64,000 bases of DNA from contig CBFFSA010000031.1 of the NCBI GenBank assembly GCA_965644495.1, forward strand, positions 34,694 through 98,693. The letters are read 5' to 3'. Positions within the stretch are counted from its first letter, which is position 1. Each line of letters begins with the position of its first letter. The translations under genes were made by a program, and so were the position numbers. Shown here piece by piece: positions 55,301-64,000 of the stretch. This DNA comes from Perkinsela sp. CCAP 1560/9 (taxonomy: Eukaryota; Protista; Euglenozoa: Kinetoplastea). The notes below the pieces were generated by a model. It was given only the letters and a program-made list of their open reading frames with translations. It ran no database searches and had not been told where the DNA came from.

Positions 55301-57432
55301 ACTTGTAACCGGATTCTGTCCCTGCGCTTGCGTGAGCTATGGGAAGCTCGTGCCATAGTTCGAACAGTTGCTGTTCGTGTTCGTGGCTGATACTCGAAAT
55401 ATGCTCTCGAGTTTTCAAGATAGGACGCTGTCCATGCATACTCGAAAAAAAGGAGCATGCTTCACAAATGTCGTGATCTCCGCGCCCATGTTCGAAAACA
55501 TGTTTGCGCATGTAGTAGTACATAAACGTGTACGACGAAGGGTTTGCTTTACCCCGTGATTCTGCACATTTTGTGCACCGAAAGCCTGCAGACATGGTAC
55601 CTTGCACCTCAAAGTCCATCCACATGTCGTACATCTCCTTCTCGGTTTTGTGATTCGCACTCGAGAGATGCTCTCGAGTACGTCTTATGGGGGGTTTCCC
55701 TTGCAACTCCTCGAAGAAGGAGCACTCTTTGCAATGGGAATGATCCCCGCGCCCATGTTCGAAAACATGTTTGCGCATGTCATCATACTTGAAAGTACGA
55801 TGTTCAGGGTTTTGATCGCCCTGTGCTGTGGCACATTTTGTGCACCGAAAGCCTGCAGACATGGTACCTTGCACCTCAAAGTCCATCCACATGTCGTACA
55901 TCTCCTTCTCGGTTTTGTGATTCGCACTCGAGAGATGCTCTCGAGTACGTCTTATGGGGGGTTTCCCTTGCAACTCCTCGAAGAAGGAGCACTCTTTGCA
56001 ATGGGAATGATCCCCGCGCCCATGTTCGAAAACATGTTTGCGCATGTCATCATACTTGAAAGTACGATGTTCATGGTTTTGATCGCCCTGTGCTGTGGCA
56101 CATTTCGTGCACCGAAAGCCTGCAGACACGGTACCTTGCACCTCAAGGTCCATCCACATGTCGTACATCTCCTTCTCGGTTTTGTGATTCGCACTCGAGA
56201 GATGCTCTCGAGTACGTCTTATGGGGGGTTTCCCTTGCAACTCCTCGAAGAAGGAGCACTCTTTGCAATGGGAATGATCCCCGCGCCCATGTTCGAAAAC
56301 ATGTTTGCGCATGTCATCATACTTGAAAGTACGATGTTCAGGGTTTTGATCGCCCTGTGCCGTGGCACATTTCGTGCACCGAAAGCCTGCAGACACGGTA
56401 CCTTGCACCTCAAGGTCCATCCACATGTCGTACATCTCCTTCTCGGTTTTGTGATTCGCACTCGAGAGATGCTCTCGAGTACGTCTTATGGGGGGTTTCC
56501 CTTGCAACTCCTCGAAGAAGGAGCACTCTTTGCAATGGGAATGATCCCCGCGCCCATGTTCGAAAACATGTTTGCGCATGTCATCATACTTGAAAGTACG
56601 ATGTTCAGGGTTTTGATCGCCCTGTGCCGTGGCACATTTCGTGCACCGAAAGCCTGCAGACACGGTACCTTGCACCTCAAGGTCCATCCACATGTCGTAC
56701 ATCTCCTTCTCGGTTTTGTGATTCGCACTCGAGAGATGCTCTCGAGTACGTCTTATGGGGGGTTTCCCTTGCAACTCCTCGAAGAAGGAGCACTCTTTGC
56801 AATGGGAATGATCCCCGCGCCCATGTTCGAAAACATGTTTGCGCATGTCATCATACTTGAAAGTACGATGTTCATGGTTTTGATCGCCCTGTGTTGTGGC
56901 ACATTTCGTGCATGTAAAGCCATTGACAATGCTTCCTTCAATTTGAAGGACTTTCCACGCGTTAAAATCTCTTTTTCACGCTTGTGTTTCACACGCTCGT
57001 CGTGCTTTTGTACGCTCAAAACGGGGGGTTTTCCCATGAGCTCTTGAAGAACGAACAAGGTTCACAAATGATATGCAACCCTTTTAAATGTTCATTTACG
57101 TGCCGCTTCATCAGGGGAGCTGTCAATTCCACCCGAATGTTCGCGTTAGCACATTCTCGGCAGGTGTAAAATTCACCTTCTTCAGCAACATGCTGTTGCC
57201 ATAGCTCGTATATTTGAGCTGAGCTTTTATGTGCTTTGCTAGCACTGTGATTAAGGGTCATGCGCACCCTTTTCTTTCCTTTCTTTCTTTGAAAGAAAGT
57301 GCAGCATTCGCAGTCGCGATATGCTTCGCCCAGAGCTTTGTTAGAGCTCAGTTGGCTTCCCCCACCCCCGTCCCCAGCAAGCGACACCTCCAACGACACC
57401 GACGACACGGACCACGACGAATCAGAAGACAT
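52320..57432 (-). pseudogene. Multi-zinc-finger Helitron RepHel N-terminal part, truncated before the Rep catalytic motifs (frameshift near 57050)
   Basis: Many CxxC..H..H fingers. PTLVEEILL..FTGHV is DUF6570-like. LLNEY...LLGAFPTL and DSRFAKNAGF are typical of the pre-Rep region of Helitrons. Confidence 0.72.
55480..56910 (-). repeat. 267-bp (89-aa) coding tandem repeat, ~5.3 copies
   Basis: Near-identical units, each with two zinc fingers. Confidence 0.95.
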
Positions 57433-59366
57433 GAGAAGAATAATAGTATGAATAAAAAAGCGCTAAACAGTGAAAAAAATGTATGAACAAAAAAATTCGA
57501 AGCACAAAAATAAGAACATGTGATTTTCATCTCATTTTAGAGGATCATTTTTTAGAGGATCTTAGAAGTCACTCATGCTGCGCGCTTCGCGTTCAAAACT
57601 ACCACCGCGTTTAACGAAGAGCCTAAAAAAGAAACTTCGGCCTGGACAGCTAAAGTAAAACAAAGATTATAGCCAAAAATAGCCGATTTTAGGGTAAAAT
57701 TTTTGGGTATTTTTGCTCTCAGAGCGCTAAATCTGACATTTGCGTGTGAGAAATCACTCGTAGGTGTGAATGGAAGCCTACTGAACGTATTGGGTATAGA
57801 ATACGACTCCAACCACACCATTCTTTCGACATAAAAAGACCCCTTTGGGTTCGAAAATTACTTTTCCGCAATTTTTGGTCAAAAATGGGCCATTTTGGGA
57901 GGCGTGCCACGGCTAGAAGATGGGGTAACTTGCGAAAACAACGGTGTAGATGGCTAGTATAGGTCCCAAAACTCTCAAAATACAATAGCGAAAAAAAATT
58001 TGAAAAAATATTTTTTTTACCAGTTTTTCCGCCAAGTTGAATTTTTTCTCAATTTTTTTTTTTGAAAAAACCTAAACTTGGCGTACCCGTCCTGCGGATA
58101 CGCGGGGGGGTCACCCCCGGGTAGTGGGGTGGAAAATGCGCGCCAAGACCCCGGTACCCCTTCTGCGGTTTTGTTTCGAAAATTTGCTCGACCATGACCC
58201 CCCCCCCCCTGGACCCCCCATTTTTTTCAATTTTTTTTTTCAATTTTGGACCACCGGAGCCCCCTTTTATATTTTTTTCCTTTATTATATTACTGTGTTC
58301 CTCTTTATATTTTCACTGTTTTTGTTCACATTTTTTCAAACGTTGAAAACTACCGCCGCGTTTAACGAAGAGCCTGAAAAAGAAAATTTGGCCTGTAAAG
58401 CTGAAGAAAACGGAAAGATTATAGCCAAAAATTAGCCGAATTTCGGGTACAAATGGGGTCATTTTCGCATATTTTTGCTCTCAGAGCACTAAATCCGACA
58501 TTTGCTCGTGGGAAATCACTAGTAGGCATGAATGGAAGCCTACTGAAACGTATTGGGTAGAGAATGCGACTCCAACCATACCATTCTTTCGACACAAAAA
58601 TGCCCCTTTAGGTCCGAAAAATACTTTTTCACCTTTTTTAGTCAAAAGTGGGTCATTTTGAGGGGCGCACCACAGTTCGAAGAAGTGATACCTTGCGAAA
58701 ACAACTGCGTAGAAAGCTAGTGTAGGTCCCAAACTATCAAAATACAATAGGGGAAACGATTTTGGAAAAATATTTTTTTTGTCATTTTTTTCGCCAAGTT
58801 GAAATTTTTTTCAAAAATTTTTTTCCGAAAAAATCCGAACTTGGCGGACCCGTCCTGCGGATACGCGGGGCGGTCACCCCCGGGTAGGGGGGTGGAAAAT
58901 GCGCGCCAAGACCCCGGCTACCCTTTCTGCGGTTTTTTTTCGAAAACTAATTTTTTCGAAAAAATTTGCTCGACCATGCCCCCCCCCCCCCTGGACCCCC
59001 CCCCTGGACCCCCCCCCTGGACCCCCCCCCTGGACCCCCCCCCCTGGACCCCCCCCCTGGACCCCCCCCCATGGACCCCCCATTTTTATCAAATTTTTTT
59101 TTCAGTTTTGGACCACCGGAGCCCCCTTTTATATTTTTTTCTTCTATTATATTACTGTGTTCCTCTTTATATTTTCACTGTTTTTGTTCACTTTTTTTTC
59201 AATAATCGAGTGTAGAGCGGTAGTTTTACAACCACCGCAATATATGATTATATATATGATTATAAAAAGCTTGCCTTTTTTTTTGGGGGGGGCGAGACGT
59301 GATCTCCTTTACCCCCCATTATCTTCCCTCTACCTTATATCCCATACCGTAAACTTATAATAGCTA

Positions 59367-62300
59367 TATTTCTTTTTTAGGCTCTTCGTTAAACGCGGTG
59401 GTTGCTTTCAACTTAGAAGTCACTCATGCTGCGCTATTCGCGTTGAAAACTACCGCCGCGTTTAACGAAGAGCCTAAAAAAGAAAATTGGCCAGGGACGC
59501 GGAAGAAAACGGTATGAATCCAGCATTCTTTGCAAATCGGGAATCCGATTGCTCTAGAATTTCCTTGATTTCATATAGTTCAAACGTTGAACCCCTTAAA
59601 AGGGTACTTTTGCATCAGCGTCGGAAATGCTCCGAGCAAGATGTTTTCCATGTCGGTATACTCATTGAGTAAACCTTCTTTTTGTTTCAGTTGCATCGCC
59701 ACGGCATGCGTAATTTGCGCACCCGCCGGCGCATTGCTTACAGGGCTGTGATCAGTTACAAAAGATCGTGTGATCTCACCGAGAGGATCGCGATGTAACG
59801 TATCGCGAAGCCACTGCTTGGGTGACCATACTGTTGATGGCGTTTTCACCCTCCTGGGAAACAGATCTATCCCAAAGATGTGAGACAACGTCTCTACAAT
59901 GTTGCTCGGTAACAACGTTGATCTTTCCTTCCTCTTTCAGTTGAGCATACACGTGGTTATGCTCACAGAAGGAAGTGTACCCAGGTGTTCAGGGTCTCTG
60001 ATTTCACGCCGAATATGCCACTCAGCTGTGCAGAACATAGTCTTTGACTACGTTTCGTTCTCCGTTCGTTGGCTATCCAAACAATTTGGATGTTCTTAAT
60101 CGCGCCCTCGAGATCAGGAACTCTTTCGAGTTGCAAGAGCTCAAGGGTTTCGCGTGCTGTAGCCGTCACGTGTCCAGTGAACTTCGTGTCTGGCCTTAAG
60201 GATGCGGCATATGCGCCACCTTTCCTATGTACACTGATGATTGTGCAGTGTAAAAACACCTTTTGAAGAAGGATCTCTTCTACCAGCGTGGGTACTGAAG
60301 GTGATTTGTAGAAGGTTGTTTCTACTGGACCGCGGGGAATTCTCCCTTTTTTGTCCATTATTCTTTGATCCCTTGCACAAAGTTGCGCTTCGGGATTCGG
60401 AAGGTCACTTTCGAGAAGAATAACTTTACAAGAATCACAACTTGTGATACGTTGGTCGTCGTTCATTCTCTTTTTGTACCTTTCATGCACTCTTCTTGAG
60501 CTTCCGTACTGACTGAAAATCTTCCAAAGGAAGACGATCAATGTAGGAAGTCTCATAGAAGTATTTTAGTGCGTCTTTTGGATTGCGCTCAATGTCAAAA
60601 CGTGTTCGACGTGAGCCATCTCCATTGACTTCGTATGTGTCAAAATTGACAATACATTTCGCGATGCAACATCGTTCAAGCCAGTACCGAAGTTCATTGG
60701 CTGAAGATTCTTTGCATATTTCGTTTGTGTGAAAGATGGTATTTTCACACATCTGCATGATAGCATATGCTGCACTGTCAATAGTGCTAGCATTCGTCAC
60801 ATTCGTGACAGTTGCTTGATTCAAAATTGAAACAATTTCATTTTCAAGAGAGGGACTCGTAATAAACGTATAAACGTTCTTTTCACCTTCTTTTTCAAGG
60901 AAACAAGGACCCATATGGGCCCCGATGATTCATCTGTTTCCAAGTATGTAAATATGTGTAAACCCACACGGTTCCTTGAAGTGAACTTGTCACATTCATT
61001 GAATGGACATACTTTCACAGGAAATCGTCGTGTGTTAATGGTTTTACCATAATTACATTTTCCACAAAGTAGAGAATCTCTACTGATTTTAGTGGATGAT
61101 CTAGCCTTGTGAATGCTTCTTTGGTACGCTTTTCTTGTGGATACAAAGTGAGGGGTATAACCCCCACTTCGCCTTTTTCCAGTGAAGCTTCGAGCCACTT
61201 CCAGAGTGATAAAAGTTTATCACGTTCTGTCAGTTTCGGCCAATCACGGTCTTGCGTGATAGTGTAGGCTATGGCTCCCAGGGAGAGCTCACCTTCATCG
61301 TTTCCTACTAAAGGAACTGGCGTAGTAGCCATGTTTCCAATATTGTAGACGGTTCGAATTGCCGCTATCTGTGTTTCCATAGAAGCTGCGCAATTATATG
61401 TGAACACTCGTCGTTTAGTCAGACATACCATGGCGAGAGAATCGCCATTGCCTTTAACGTAAACGACGTTATGTCCATCACGATGTCTCTGAATAGAGCA
61501 TCTTTTATCTCCATCGCTTTGGAGGGTTTCATCACAAACAATGTGTGAATTGATGAGAATATTCTCAATCAGTTGAAAAGATGTGAGTGTTAGCGTGGAG
61601 CATTGCTTCACACGTTCCAGCTCATCATCCTGCGATACTGCATGAGCTCTGTTGCGCTCAGCTTGTGTGATCCGAAGTCGAAAAGCCCGAGCTTCAGCAT
61701 GCCGCGGATGGCGGTAAAAATGCTTTTGAAGCCCCTTAAACGTGAACATTTGTTCGGTAGCGCACAAAGTGCATTTGAACTTGTTCTGTTCGCAGGGGAG
61801 GGCAAATTCGATCCAGTCGACTTTTGTTTGAACATAACGTGTATGCTCACTTGACACCAAATGGTATTCATCTGCCGGGATAATACCCGTTGTTCCTTGA
61901 ATCTGTGCGAAATACGTACATACTTCGCACAGAGGAACATTCATATCAGTTAGGAGCACCTGTGAAGGGTGTCCCATACTGAGTATGTGTCGCATCATAG
62001 ATTTGACACTTAGTTTGCGTATGGCGTGCAGTGCGCATACATACGATCCATCAGAGAAACTTACGTGAAGCTCCCATTTCGGATGTAGATACGCCATTTC
62101 CCGATGTTTCAGAGAATTCGCGTGATTAGTATTCACCATGACTGGCGGGAAATCTTGCAAGATAGCAAAGTAATTGCAAGGAATACATAAATGCATTCCT
62201 TCGCAATGTTGTGCTACATGCTTCGTTATAGCCTCTTTTTCAAGAGGTGTTTCAGAACACCCAGGCAGTTTGCACTGGTATATGTTTTCTGTTTCAAGGA

Positions 62301-64000
62301 CGTTTTCTGTCCAAAATGCGTACCACTGCTTGTGCTCAGAGCACTTCGCAGGATTGTGCTTCTTGGGCACACGCCCCGCATCAAAGAATGAACAAGCTTC
62401 ACAGCTTTGTTCACTTGTTTTCATATGCTTTTTTTCGACGTGCTTTCTTGCAGCGCCGAGGCTCATCACTTCACCGGAACAAGCGTCCGCAACACACTTG
62501 TAACCGGATTCTGTCCCTGCGCTTGCGTGAGCTATGGGAAGCTCGTGCCATAGTTCGAACAGTTGCTGTTCGTGTTCGTGGCTGATACTCGAAATATGCT
62601 CTCGAGTTTTCAAGATAGGACGCTGTCCATGCATACTCGAAAAAAAGGAGCATGCTTCACAAATGTCGTGATCTCCGCGCCCATGTTCGAAAACATGTTT
62701 GCGCATGTAGTAGTACATAAACGTGTACGACGAAGGGTTTGCTTTACCCCGTGATTCTGCACATTTTGTGCACCGAAAGCCTGCAGACATGGTACCTTGC
62801 ACCTCAAAGTCCATCCACATGTCGTACATCTCCTTCTCGGTTTTGTGATTCGCACTCGAGAGATGCTCTCGAGTACGTCCTTATGGGGGGTTTCCCTTGC
62901 AACTCCTCGAAGAAGGAGCACTCTTTGCAATGGGAATGATCCCCGCGCCCATGTTCGAAAACATGTTTGCGCATGTCATCATACTTGAAAGTACGATGTT
63001 CAGGGTTTTGATCGCCCTGTGCTGTGGCACATTTTGTGCACCGAAAGCCTGCAGACATGGTACCTTGCACCTCAAAGTCCATCCACATGTCGTACATCTC
63101 CTTCTCGGTTTTGTGATTCGCACTCGAGAGATGCTCTCGAGTACGTCTTATGGGGGGTTTCCCTTGCAACTCCTCGAAGAAGGAGCACTCTTTGCAATGG
63201 GAATGATCCCCGCGCCCATGTTCGAAAACATGTTTGCGCATGTCATCATACTTGAAAGTACGATGTTCATGGTTTTGATCGCCCTGTGCTGTGGCACATT
63301 TCGTGCACCGAAAGCCTGCAGACACGGTACCTTGCACCTCAAGGTCCATCCACATGTCGTACATCTCCTTCTCGGTTTGTGATTCGCACTCGAGAGATGC
63401 TCTCGAGTACGTCTTATGGGGGGTTTCCCTTGCAACTCCTCGAAGAAGGAGCACTCTTTGCAATGGGAATGATCCCCGCGCCCATGTTCGAAAACATGTT
63501 TGCGCATGTCATCATACTTGAAAGTACGATGTTCAGGGTTTTGATCGCCTGTGCCGTGGCACATTTCGTGCACCGAAAGCCTGCAGACACGGTACCTTGC
63601 ACCTCAAGGTCCATCCACATGTCGTACATCTCCTTCTCGGTTTTGTGATTCGCACTCGAGAGATGCTCTCGAGTACGTCTTATGGGGGTTTCCCTTGCAA
63701 CTCCTCGAAGAAGGAGCACTCTTTGCAATGGGAATGATCCCCGCGCCATGTTCGAAAACATGTTTGCGCATGTCATCATACTTGAAAGTACGATGTTCAG
63801 GTTTTGATCGCCCTGTGCCGTGGCACATTTCGTGCACCGAAAGCCTGCAGACACGGTACCTTGCACCTCAAGGTCCATCCACATGTCGTACATCTCCTTC
63901 TCGGTTTTGTGATTCGCACTCGAGAGATGCTCTCGAGTACGTCTTATGGGGGTTTCCCTTGCAACTCCTCGAAGAAGGAGCACTCTTTGCAATGGGAATG
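59367..64000. mobile_element. Second copy of the composite unit (runs off the window; many 1-nt indels)
   Basis: Matches 52174 onward at an offset of about 7193. Confidence 0.85.

Larger units (their letters stand above)
52174..59242. mobile_element. Composite Helentron-like unit: hairpin end, ZnF/Rep gene fragment, then two hairpin-element bodies
   Basis: Starts and ends with the termini of the 0.9-kb element. A second copy starts at 59367 with a different left flank. Confidence 0.7.

Noticed and set aside
59580-64000. Rapid pseudogenisation of the second ZnF/Rep copy
   Set aside because: The differences are mostly 1-nt indels with almost no substitutions, more consistent with long-read consensus error.

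Overview
Eukaryotic (probably protist) transposon nest; I recognised no host gene. Family letters A-G and names YR1-3 are my own labels. (1) About 10 pieces of CRE/SLACS-like non-LTR retrotransposons (RT plus restriction-like endonuclease) from at least 6 subfamilies are nested in each other and in other elements, with 7-11 bp target-site duplications (TSDs) of unrelated sequence. They share a putative Tudor/chromo-barrel-like N-terminal domain and a C2HC finger inside the nuclease. (2) There are three tyrosine-recombinase (YR)-type retrotransposons. One is TATE/VIPER/Ngaro-like with A..B-A-B split direct repeats and recombined at GAA. Two belong to a second family with hairpin termini, 29-30 bp coding-flanking direct repeats, a conserved 19-nt terminal motif and ATC(T)n junctions, and one of these has a single Gag-RT-RNaseH ORF and no recombinase. 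(3) Helitron/Helentron material comprises a PIF1 plus Ulp1 fragment, two copies of a zinc-finger/Rep N-terminal gene and several ~0.9-kb non-autonomous hairpin elements. (4) Minisatellites and a fold-back MITE are also present. Most coding elements are on the minus strand. All assignments come from motif recognition and by-eye alignment; no database searches were run.
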